From: Mobula hypostoma
Lineage: Eukaryota
Direction: 5' to 3'
Length of the DNA stretch: 64,000 nt
NCBI RefSeq assembly: GCF_963921235.1
Contig: NC_086108.1
Span: 60,638,001-60,702,000 of the forward strand
Shown here one piece after another: positions 52,187-63,921 of this stretch. Position 1 is the stretch's first letter; every line of letters begins with the position of its first letter. The position numbers and the translations under genes were made by a program. Below the pieces are notes generated by a model. The model did not search any database. It saw only the letters and a list, made by a program, of their open reading frames with translations, and had not been told where the DNA came from.

Positions 52187-52713
52187 TACACTCCATACTT
52201 CAATACAACCAGTAGGCTTCACATCATTTCCACATTATCATTGGTTCAATTTAATATCAGAGTATACAACCTGAAATTCTTAGTCTTCACAGATAGCCAC
52301 GAAACAGAAAAAAAATGAATGAATGACAGAAAGTGTTATCAAAGCTGGATTTTCCTTCTTTTATTTCCTGTACTGGTCATGACTTAAGCTGCGCCAAGCA
52401 GCTGCTGGAAGACCAAAGAGAACTGATCCTAACCTTTGGGAAAGATCTCAACTCCATTGAGTACTTCCTCACAAAACAATACAGATTAGATTAAAAACCT
52501 TTGACCACTAATTAGTGCTGCTTGTTGAAACATGTACAGCTTAAGCACTGGGAACTTTCTATTTGCAACCTAGAACAAATTGATAGTAACTATTAGTAGA
52601 TATTATCATATAACATTTCTATGATAATTAATATAGGCCTAATACTCTGTATTTTAACCAAGTAGAAATTATTGCTAAATACTGAGAGAAACATAACACA
52701 TTAAGAAATGCAA

Positions 52714-53578
52714 GCAAGAGAAAATCTGCAGATGCTGGAAATCCGAACAACACACACAAAATGCTGGAGAAACTCAGCAGCCCAGGCAGAATCTATGGAA
52801 AAAAACACGGTTGACGTTTTGGGGTGAAACCCTTCAACAGGACTGGAGAAAAAAGCTGAGGGGTGGATTTGAAAGGTGGGGGAGGGGAGAGAGAAACGCT
52901 AGGCGATAGGTGAAACTTGGAGGGGGAGAGATGAAGCAGAGAGCTAGGAAGTTGATTGGTGAAAGAGACAGAGGCCATGGAAGAAAGAAAAAAGGGGTGG
53001 GGAAGAGGAGCACCAGAGGGTGGTGATGGGCGGGCAAGGAGATAACATGAGAGAGGGAAAAGGGGATGGGAAATGGTGAAGGTGGGGGAGGAGGCATTAC
53101 TGGAAGTTTGAGAAATTGATGTTCGTGCCATCAGGTTGGAAGCTACCTAGCGGCACCTTATGTCCATTTGGGTAGCCTCCAACCTGATGGCATGAAATTG
53201 ATTTCTCAAACTTCCAGTAATGCCTCCCCCAACCTTCAACATTCCCCATCCCCTTTTCCCTCTCTCATATTATCTCCTTGCCTGCTCATTCCCTCCCACT
53301 GTGCTCCTCTCTACCCCCCACCACCTTTTTTCTTTCTTCCATGACCTTCTGTCTCTTTCACCAACCAACTTCCTAGCTCTCTGCTTCATCCCTCCTCCTC
53401 CAAGCTTCACCTATCACCTGGCATTTCTCTCTCCCCTCCCCACACCTTTCAAATCTACTCCTCAGCTTTTTTTTCTCCAGTCCTGCCAAAGGGTTTCGGC
53501 TCGAAACATCAACTGTGGTTTTCTCCATAGATGCTGCCTGGCCTGCTGAGTTCCTCTAACATTTTGTGTGTGTTGTTC
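52714..53578. mobile_element. Older Penelope fold-back (about 400-bp arms, under 20-bp spacer) with two decayed hammerheads
   Basis: 52745-53150 is an imperfect reverse complement of 53168-53578; flanks ttaagaaatgcaa / ttaaagaaatgcaa; hammerhead remnants at 52809-52844 (-) and 53479-53514 (+). Confidence 0.85.
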
Positions 53579-53945
53579 ACTTAAAGAAATGCAATAGGTA
53601 TTTCTAGGGTAGAACCAGCTTAAAGACAACATTTATTGCAATTATACCAAAATGTATTCCTTGACTGGGATTTATATGGTAAACTGCACCAACAAATTAT
53701 GTCAGAGAAGAGTGGACTGTATCACACAATACAATTGACTTTAAAGTATGGCCCGTTAAGCAAAGTTCAATGGATCCCAACACAAGCTAGAGCTTCAGGT
53801 GGGGTGGAAAGGGGGTTGGTGGGAAGAAGGAAATGGATCCTGGTTATGATGATAATGATATCTCTTCTGAAAGATCAATTTTGCTATCTTCTCATTCCTT
53901 TCATGATATACTGCAAGTATGCATTAAGTTCACGGCAAATCATAC

Positions 53946-54055
53946 CTTAGACTTGGTTTTTGCCCAAAAGTGAGGGGATATATCTTTGTCAGGTAATTGG
54001 CTGCAAGATCTGCACTCATCAAGGTTTTCGGCAGGTATTTTGGAGCAACTGTTAA
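53946..54055 (-). CDS. PODN: Podocan coding exon (110 bp)
   Basis: On -: tttttcag acceptor and gtatg donor. Encodes [36 protein letters not shown](R); recalled human ...[22 protein letters not shown]. Confidence 0.92.
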
Positions 54056-56267
54056 CTGAAAAATATACGACAGTCAATAGATTGCTGGTCTCTATGGTTA
54101 AATTAATAAATCAAACTTAACTCTAAAAGATGTACAATTATTTTTCATGATAACTGGCCTGCTTCATGGGCCAATCAGCTACCATGTGAATAAATGGCTG
54201 CATATCATTGTGAAAGCAGAGTTTGAATTATTACTTGTTCCATTTGCAAGTCAAAGAAAGGCTATCCACAAAAGAAAAATGCTGAAAGTACCCAGAAGAT
54301 CAATGCAGAGAGCTACCGAGTTACCATTTCAGGCTGATGACAAATGTCATGGACTTGAAATGTTGACTACATAGATGCTGCCTGACTGCTGAGCATTTCC
54401 AAAGTCTTCAGTTATTATTTCGGGTTTCCTGCATCTGCAGTATTTCAGTATGAAAAATGTCCATTTAATCATAATGATTAACAGACATGCTAAAATAACC
54501 ATATTATTATTAAAATCAATTTCTTTCCTGAGGCACAAGTCCTTGCTGGGGTCAGGGATCACTTGGATATCTCAGCAGATTGTGAACCTTTCAAGGATTT
54601 TTTAAATATTACCCCCCCCCCCGTAGGGAAATAATAGATCAGATTAGCTCAGCAGCCATTTACCGACTCCACCCTCAATGAAAAATAAAAATTGGGTACA
54701 GCATAAAACAGGCAACCGATCAGATCCACCGAGTTTCCCACCAAGTGAGGCAAGTTAAAATTGCTCCTTTAATTTGCAATGTTAACATACCCTTGACACC
54801 AAATATCTTAGAGGAAAGGGAAAGGAATTTAGTGGTGCTGACAGACTGTGGTAAAAGCAATCCACCATGTCTGTCTCCAGATATATGCTCTCCCATCTTT
54901 GACCTCAAGCCACAATTTTCAACATTTGTTTTTACCAAGATCATTTATTCAATAGGTAACAGTTATAAAATAAATCACAACAGCCACTTATGAATGTTGT
55001 CTGATCCAGCGGCAGTCAAATTTCATCATTCTTTACTATTTCCCCACAGACTTGTGGTCATCTTAGCTTCCCAATACTGACATGCACCATCAATTCCCAC
55101 TCATTTGCACTCATCTGTACAGTACTCTGTAACCACTTTTTTTTTCTTTTACAGTGAATTCTTTTAGCTTGGAGCACTTCAAGATGTCCAAACACCATGT
55201 TTTCCATGTCAAACATTGTCGATCGTTGGCTGCAATTTCATCCAATGTTTCACAAGCATATCTTGGATGTGTTTTATTCTCCAGAAAAATACCAGCAATA
55301 TAAATGAAGCAATCACGTGCTCTGCCAGTCTGTCTTCACCTTGTGTGTAACTGATTGTACATAAGCTTTACTGTACATCCTGAAAGGAGCAAATTTAGAC
55401 TTATTGTCGGCTGAATCTATGTTAATCCACAATATTTCAGTAGACATATTCTCAGACAGACGTGAATATGGAATAATATCTTTGCTAATGAAGGAAAGCA
55501 GAACTCTCTGGAAAAAGTTATAAATGATTCATGTTCCAATGATGTTACCTTGGAACACTCCTGTACTCCTTGGTTGTCCGCCATGTGTTCTGTTGTTGAC
55601 ATGAAACCGAAGTTCTTTCAGCATATTGAAGTTATTTTTTAATTTCCAGAGGATTACACTAAATGTTTTTTCTCTCCCTTTACTGTTTCTGTCTTCTGCC
55701 AATTCATCTCCCTTGGGTGACAAGGAGTCATGGAATTATACAGCATAAAAACAATCCTTTTGGCCCATTGAGTCCTTGCTAACCATCTGCATCAATTTAT
55801 GCTGATCCTACTTTTATTGTAGGATTAGTACTTTATTTTCCCCACTTACTCAACACCTCCCACCATTTTCTAACATTTTCCAATACACCAAGAGCAACCT
55901 ACAGTGGCAAATGAACCTACCAACTCTGCCAATGCTGTATTATAGACAGTAGGTCAAATTTATACAAAGGTGCAACCTTCTGTCCATTGCTAATGGGATT
56001 CAAAATATCCATATGACAACAATGCTGCGGTAAGAGATTCACAGTGCTAAGCGTGAGGAGGACAAACCCATATCTACCATTCTGTGGCAATGTGCCAGTA
56101 CGCAGCAGTAAAATCTTGCTAACCTAGGTCTTAGGTGCAAATGCCTTTTATGTAAATGAAGTGGGATTGACAACATCAGGCAATTAAATACATGTATTTA
56201 GTTCAATTAACTAAATATTTTCAGGTACCTGACAACTCCTTGTGGCCTTAATTGAGACTCTTGAGAA

Positions 56268-56720
56268 TAATGATGATGATAATAATAACAATAATAAATA
56301 ATAATAATAATGTACTTTATTGATCTGGTGGGGAATTATTTCACTATAGCAGCACCATATAAAAACACACTTAGCAATAATAATAAACATAATAAATATA
56401 ATATTAACTAATAATTGTACAGAATAATAATATACACAATAATAATGTACCAATGTGCAATAATGTACGAAATAATAAAACAGAGATTATTGTTCTATGA
56501 TGTGTGTTCTCCTGTCGCACAGAGATGAACTGTTGTACATGCTTATTGCATTTGTTAGGAATGATTGTCCGTAATGATCCTTGTGACAGCAGAGCTGAAC
56601 GTGTCTGTTTGAAAGGTTGCTCCGCTGACTCTTCAGTAGGCCATGGAGAGGATATGCCTGATTGTCCATAATGGATAACAGTTTGTTTAGTGACCTCCTC
56701 TCCACCACTAACTCAAAAGA
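56268..56720 (-). mobile_element. LINE 3' fragment (Rex1-like) with (att)n tail
   Basis: ELVVERRSLNKLLSIMDNQAYPLH...SFLTNAISMYN; (aat)n run at 56268-56310. Confidence 0.65.
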
Positions 56721-57232
56721 AGCCACCAAAACAAAACCTCTGAGTTAATGGGACTAAAGTAATTCAATTGAGGTTAAGTGAATAGAAGAAAAGAAATTGC
56801 TGTCCAGATGTCACTTTGTCATGTTCCTCAGATATTTATGCATCATAAAATTGTCCATGCCCTTCTGGACATGTGTAGCAGTGACTCATATATACTCATC
56901 CCAATTTTATATTAGACTATTGTTTACCAGTAAGTTGTTTAGAAACTTGGTTAGTATTATAAGAAAATTAAACGTCACCGCTGCACCAAATATAGTTAAA
57001 GTATTGCTATACATGTTGATTGGCCTGTAATACCTCCCCTTTTTTCTAGACCATAACATGAACTTAAGAAAAAGGAGCAAAAGCAAGCCATTCAGCACTT
57101 TTGAGTTGCCTTGCCATTCATCAAAAACATGAATGATCATCTACTGTAATTCGGCACTATTTTCCAGCACTGTCAAGATTTTTGCTTGGCCAAGAGGTTC
57201 AAACCAAGTTGTTATTCAAACCAAACATCAGA

Positions 57233-57511
57233 ATGGCGGAAAAACATGATCTAAGTGACTTTGCCCATAGAATGGTACCAGACTGGGTTGTCTGAGTATG
57301 TCAGAAACGACTGACCTCCTGGGATTTTCACAGACAGGTTTCTAGAGTTTACAGGGAATGGTACAAAAACAAAAAAAAAAAACAACCAGTGAAAGGCAGT
57401 TTTATGGGCAAAAATGCCTTGTTAATGAGAGAGGTCAGAGGAGAATGGCCAGATTCAAGCTGACAGCAAGGTGACAGTAACTCAAATAACCACGCGTTAC
57501 AACAGTGGTGC
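57233..57511 (+). mobile_element. Tc1 transposase N-terminal remnant
   Basis: Frameshifted M..K.DLSDF...SETTDLLGF...VSRVYREW...LVNERGQRRMAR...VTVTQITTRYNSG. Confidence 0.75.
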
Positions 57512-57899
57512 TGTTCGAGCGATCTTTGGCTTTAGGACACATACATTTAACGATTGACTTTGGCAACCAGTCTTCACATTTGAATATATATTGTGGATTT
57601 AATTTGGAGTGCAGGTCTCAACAATGGGTTCCTAAAAGCAGCCATTCTACACCAGACAATGCTGATTAAAATTCATTTGGATGTCTGTGGTGTGACGTAA
57701 ATCAGGAGGTGTGAAGATTGTATGTAGTTTCAAAGAAAGCATTGTCCAGATGTTGTAAATATGGAGTTGTCCTTTGATGTTTGGCACATAAAATATGGAG
57801 CCCCATGCTTGGCCAGCAGACCTTTCCACCGAAAGTGTCTCCACATGATGCCTGCTGTACCTTGTTTTGTTGAATAGAGAAGCTGCTTTATATCTACCA

Positions 57900-60489
57900 A
57901 CGCAAACACGAGGAAATCTGCAGATTGGATCTTCCCTCTTGACCTTGCTGCCATGGGTGACTCTAGGTGGAAATTCAAGCAACACACACAAAAAATGCTG
58001 GTGAACACAGCAGGCCAGGCAGCATCTATAGGAAGCAGTACAGTCAACATTTCAGGCTGAGACCCTTTGGCAGGACTGACTGAAAGAAGAGAAGATAGGA
58101 GATTTGAAAGTGGGAGAGGGAGGGAGAGATCCAAAATGATAGGAGAAGACAGGCGGAGGAGGGATGGAGCTAAGAGCTGGAAAGTTGATTGTCAAAAGGG
58201 ATATGAGGCTGGAGAAGGGAGAGGATCATGGGACGGGAGGCCTAGGGAGGAAGAAAGGGGGAGGGGAGCACCAAAGGATGGGCAAGGAGTTATTGTGAGA
58301 GGGACAGAGGGAGAAAAAAGAGAGGAAAAAAAGGGAAAATAAATAAATAAACAAATAAATAAATAAGGTATGGGGTACAAAGGAGAGGTGGGGCATTAAC
58401 GGAAGTTAGAGAAGTCAATGTTCATGCTATCAAGTTGGAGGCTACCCAGACAAAAAATAAGGTGTTTTTCTCCAACCTGAGTGTGGCTTCATTTTGACAG
58501 TAGAGAAGGCCGTGGATAGACATATCAGAATAGGAATGGGACGTGGAATTAAAATGTGTGGCCACTGGGAGATCCTGCTTTGTCTGGCAGACAGAGCGTA
58601 GGGGTTCAGCGAAACAGTCTCCCAGCCTGTGTCAGGTCTCGCCAATATATAGAAGGCCGCATCGGGAGCACGGGACGCAGTATATCATCCCAGCCGACTC
58701 ACAGGTGAAGTGTCGCCTCACCTGGAAGGACTGTCTGGGGCCCTGAATGGTAGTGAGGGAGGAAGTGGAAGGGCATGTGCAGCACTTGTTCCGCTTACAA
58801 GGATAAGTGGGGTGGCAGGTTCCACCACTCTGCTCCACTAATTCCACTTAGTCCTTACTCTTAATAATTTCTCCTTTGGCTCCCCCCACTTCCTCCAAAC
58901 TAAAGGTGTAGCCATGGTCACCCGTATGGGTCCCAGCTATGCCTGCCTTTTTGTTGGCTTTGTGGAACAATCCATGTTCTAAGCCTATACTGGTATCTGT
59001 CCCCCACTTTTCTTTCGCTACATCGACAACTGCATTGGCGCTGCTTCCCGCACGCATGCGAACTCGTTGACTTCATTAACTTTGCCTCCAAATTTCACCC
59101 TGCCCTCAAGTTTACCTAGTCTATTTCCAACACCTCCCTCCCCTTTCTTGATCTTTCTGTCTCTATCTCTGGAGATAGCTTATCTACAGATGTCTACTAT
59201 AAGCCTAAGGAGTTTCACAGTTATCTGGACTATTCCTCTTCCCACCCTGTCTCTTGCAAAAATGCCATCCCCTTCTCGCAATTCCTCCGTCTCCGCCACA
59301 TCTGCTCTCAGGATGAGGCTTTTCATTCCACGACAAAGGAGATGTCCTCCTTTTTGAGAGAAAGGGGCTTCCCTTCCTCCACCATCAACTCTGCTCTCAA
59401 ACTCATCTCCCCCATTTTACACACATCTGCTCTCACTCCACCCTCCCGCCACTCCACTAGGAATAGGGTTCCCCTTGTCCTCACCTACCACCCTACCAGC
59501 CTCCGGGTCCAACATATAATTCTCCGTAACTTCCGCCATCTCCAACAGGATCCCAGCACTAAGCACATTTTTCCCTCCCCCCACCTCTGCTTTCCGCAGG
59601 GATCGCTCCCTACGCGACTCCCTTGTCCATTTGTTCCCCCCCATCCTTTCCCACCGAACTCCCTCTCGGCACTTATCCTTGTAAGCGGAACAAGTGCTAC
59701 ACATGCCCTTACACTTCCTCCCTCACCACCATTCAGGGCCCCAGGCAGTCCTTCCAGGTGAGGCAACACTTCACCTGTGAGTCGACTGGGGTGATATACT
59801 GTGTCCGGTGCTCCCGATGCAGCCTTCTATATATTGGCGAGACCCGACGCAGACTGGGAGACCGTTTTGCTGAACTGCCAGAGAAAGCAGGATCTCCCAG
59901 TGGCCACACATTTTAATTCCATGTCCCATTCCCATTCTGGTATGTCTATCCACGGCCTCCTCTACTGTCAGGATGAAGCCACACTCAGGTTGGAGGAACA
60001 ACACCTTATATTCCGTCTGGGTAGCCTGCAACCTGATGGCATGAAAATTGACTTCTCTAACTTCCGTTAATGCCCCTCCTCCCCTTCTTACCCCATCCCT
60101 TATTTATTTATTTATTTATTTATTTATTTTTGTTTTCCCTTTTTTATCTCTTTTTTCTCCCTCTGTCCCTATCACTATAACTCCTTGCCAATCCTCTGGG
60201 CTTTGCCCCCCCCCCCCCACTTTCTTTCTCCCTAGGCCTCCCGTCCCATGATCTTCTCCCTTCTCTAGCCTTGTATTCTTTTTGCTAATCAACTTTCCAG
60301 CTCTTAGCTCCATCCCTCCCCTCCTGTCTTCTCCTATCATTACAGATCTCCTCCTCCCCCTCCCACTTTCAAATCTCTTACTAGCTCTTCTTTCAGTTAG
60401 TCCTGACGAAGGGTCTCAGCCCGAAACGTCAACTGTACCTCTTCCTAGAGATGCTGCCTGGCCTGCTGCGTTCACCAGCAACTTTTGTG
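57900..60489. mobile_element. Large Penelope fold-back: tail-bearing - arm (57900-58808) and longer + arm (about 58820-60489) with partial RT and GIY-YIG
   Basis: YPCKRNKC...LLYIGET on both strands; flanks tttatatctacca / tttgtatctacca (57887-57899, 60490-60502). Confidence 0.88.
60399..60434 (+). ncRNA. Minimal hammerhead ribozyme, intact core
   Basis: agtc-CTGACGA-agggtctcagccc-GAAA-c-GTC/aact. Confidence 0.75.
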
Positions 60490-60544
60490 TTTGTATCTAC
60501 CAGTAATTTTCTCCAGTGACTTCATTCACACAACAACAGAGTAC

Positions 60545-60664
60545 GGAATACACATGTCGAAACTCGAAGTGGATGGGCTACAGCAGCAGAAGACCACGAA
60601 CATACACTCAGTGGCCACTTTCATTAGAATCAGGAAGTATCTAATAAAGTGGCTACTGAGCGTA
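60545..60664 (+). mobile_element. Continuation of the Tc1 element, ending in a pair of inverted terminal-repeat-like motifs
   Basis: KWMGYSSRRP, then tacactcagtggccactttcattag (60603-60627) / ctaataaagtggctactgagcgta (60641-60664). Confidence 0.7.
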
Positions 60665-61335
60665 TTTTTCTCCTGTTGGGCATCAGGTTTTCACTTTCCC
60701 ATTATAACACCATGTGTGAACATGCTGACATCAGATCAAACTACTCTCTGAGCACCCTGACAGCGGAAATCAAATATAGCGCTCACTTTTCTGCTGCTGT
60801 TTTACTTTCCAGGTAGAATCCTCCAGCCTCTGCTCAATGATCCCATAACAACACAACCAAGAGCAGTTGTACACATGTATACCCAGGTCTACAAACTACG
60901 GTTCCTTTGTTTTAAGAGCACCGGGGATTTAATGGAGGAGAATTTCAAATAACAGAGCAAATTATAACAATTAGCTATATTTGAAATTTTAAAATGTAAT
61001 TCTAAAGTTGTATGATTGATTAGCATCAATTTTGATTAACATTTTCAACATTTATATTGATTGAGAGGCAATTAGTGTTCTAATCCTGGCTGTGTTCTGA
61101 AGCAGTCATCTGAGAGTGAGACGACTATTTCAGTCATACAGTGACAACACTACGATCTTTGAGCCTCCAAATTCATTTCTTTCTGCACTATTACATCACA
61201 ATTTTTTTATCCATTGGCAAAGGTTGCACCTGATGAAGGTTGAATGTTATAATATGCTTTTGTTCAGCTTGTAATCTACTGTTAAGTAGTATCCAGGTAA
61301 TCTTGTAGGTATATCAAATAATGAAATTATTTTAC

Positions 61336-61400
61336 CTTATTGTTTGCCAGGTACAAATACAGCAAATTCTTAAGAGAACGGAATGAATCATCAGGAAGAC
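61336..61400 (-). CDS. PODN: Podocan coding exon (65 bp), most 5' exon found in the window
   Basis: On -: ttttcaaag acceptor and gtaaaa donor. Encodes (G)[21 protein letters not shown]; recalled human [22 protein letters not shown]. Confidence 0.88.
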
Positions 61401-63824
61401 CTTTGAAAACCAAAGAAGGATAACTCAATCATTTACATTTGACACTGGAATAGATTAATTCATCAGAAATGAAACTCCATTTTTAGCATTAGAGTACCAT
61501 TTTGCCGTGTTATTTTAAGCCTGGTTTAATTGTAACTTTGTTTTGATGAGATTCGGTTTTTCTTCTAACCAAATGCAGAACCAGAATTTAAAATGTAGGA
61601 TTTCTTTTCTTTTTACATGTGTCAGAGAATTGTTGGTAGATACCCTCACAGCTGTCAACATTTCCCTGTGTAACCAAGAGAAACCATAGGAACTGTGTGT
61701 AAACACAGAAGATCCAAAAGAGTTATCGGCAAGTTGTGATAGTTTTTCCAACTGCATTACAACTTGGGAGCACAGAATTATGGAAATTCCTCATCATTAT
61801 TTTGGGCAATTTGCTGAATAAGCTGTCCAATATTTGTTCTCTATTGATTTTAATGTAGCAGAAGAGCTGTGAGGGAATAAATTGTTAATATTTTAGATTT
61901 GATTTATTTGTTTGAGGTTATCCATAGTTTTGTCTATAAAAATACTTTAGTTTTTAGTGATAAATAAATATTTTAATCTTTTCACCAGTTTAAAATTTTT
62001 CTGAAGTTCAGTTTTGACCAGAGGACGTGAGCAGCTATCTGTTAAAGCACTTTTGCTTTCTCTGTGTGGTGATGTGCTGGGGGACTTGTTCTGCCAACCC
62101 CACAATATGTTGCTATTTCTGTTGTGGAATGACCAGTCCTTGGTGTGGTTGTGGAAGGTGGCTTCTTTCAATTGGTTCCTGCCTGGGAATGTGCAAGTAT
62201 ATAAAACTGACTGCAACAAACATTTTAGACTAAGGTAGTCTACATTGAGAACAAAATGAATGACATAGAACAAGCATGGGACTCAGGATGTTGAGTCCTG
62301 ATTTCAACACTGAACTTGCAAAAGTGAATGAATTGAATTGAATCACCTATTTCAACTTCCAAGAGGACCACAACATTGTTGTGATTTGGAGGCTTGCATG
62401 CTTCAATGACCCAGAGAGCCATGTTGGCTGGCTTTATGCTTTGGCTCTTAGTAGGGTCACCCATGCCAAACAGGTGAAAGGGTAGAAGACAGACTCGGAG
62501 TCATCTACTATTCCTCCAGGTACAGGGATTCACTCAGGGCTAATAACCCCTGACTGGTAAAACAAATTGTTATCGAAACAGTAATGAAGAATCCTTCTAC
62601 ATCTGAGTGCAGTGGTATTCCTGAGTCTCCACCCGGGAAATGCATGGCTGATAGTACTGAAAACCGAGAGGAAGCTCTGAACACTGCCAGAGATGGAGAA
62701 GTCTTGTTGCTTCCCTAAACAATAGCAATTTAATGGGCAGTAACACACTTATTTCAAACTGTAACTATATTGTTTTTCATTAGGATGATAAAAAGACCCT
62801 ACCATTCTGCTACTACCCTTCCCTCTCCCAGCATTGTTTCTTAACGTAATCATAATTAAGTTGTTTACTGTATATTAACATTATGGCCTTGTTTGATACA
62901 ACCTTCATCTGACCTGTACCAGTATTTTCTCATAATAAAGCACATGACCATTTGCTTTTATGTGCTTGAAACTTATTACCTCAGCACTCTTAAGGGAAGT
63001 TTAAATTAATGTTCTTAAGTGAAAACAAGACTACTTGAAAAGTTGTACTGTTGAGCAAAAAGTAAAAAGAAGGGAAAAAGAAGGGAAACCAAATGGGAAA
63101 TTGATAAGGACATGCTCCAGGATATTTATGAGTCAACAGCTGCACAGAAGAATAAAACAACTAGAGCAAAATATCCAATTTGCTCTTATACTAGTATTAA
63201 TGTGGACATTCAGGGAACATTTAAAGAGAAGACTGTGAAAAATATGAATAGCTGTTAAAAATTCCAGCTTTTCAGTGTATCAGTTTCACCAAACATTTCC
63301 ATAGTGAACCACAGTCCTCTGTCTAGAGAAAGTATTCCAACTGTTATTTTAACCCCAGGATGGTGTGAATCAAGTCTATTAATAATAGTTTATTGTATTG
63401 TTTCCCATCCTTCCTGGAGATGAACTGATCAGTAACCTTGAGAGAAGAAATTTAATTACAAATCAACTGGTTCTGTTTACATTCAATATCTGAATAGCTT
63501 GAATGTAGTTTACAATGAAATTCATTCTATTTCACTTCACACCTCAACTATACAGTAACAAATTCATCACCTATTCTCAAAGTCACAGCATTCACTTGAC
63601 TGGTTAGCATCAACTTTGCCCAACATGCACTAAACACAGTTTTGTCTTGACACTTCTGCTTAATTGGACAGAAAACTCAAATCTGATGTCATATCTAAGT
63701 TTACCTCTGGTGACCCAAGCTTAACCTCTGATAATAATCCTAAAGTTTGTGTTGAGGACTGGATCTGTTTGATCCTGTTGTGTATTTAACATTTCAATTA
63801 TATTTGAGTAATCCTTGTATGTAC

Positions 63825-63921
63825 GTTAGTCCTGACGAAGGGTCTCGGTCTGAAACGTCGACTGCACTGCTTCCTAGAGATGCTGCCTGGCCTGCTGCGT
63901 TCACCAGCAACTTTGATGTGC
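63825..63921 (+). mobile_element. Solo 97-bp Penelope 3' terminus starting just before a hammerhead (63828-63863)
   Basis: agtcCTGACGAagggtctcggtctGAAAcGTCgact...gatgctgcctggcctgctgcgttcaccagcaactttgatgtg, followed by an A run. Confidence 0.8.

Larger units (their letters stand above)
57512..60538 (+). mobile_element. LTR-like segment (57512-57899 + 60503-60538) split by a Penelope insertion
   Basis: TG...CA ends (tgttcg...caacaaca); interrupts the Tc1 frame; no clear TSD. Confidence 0.4.
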
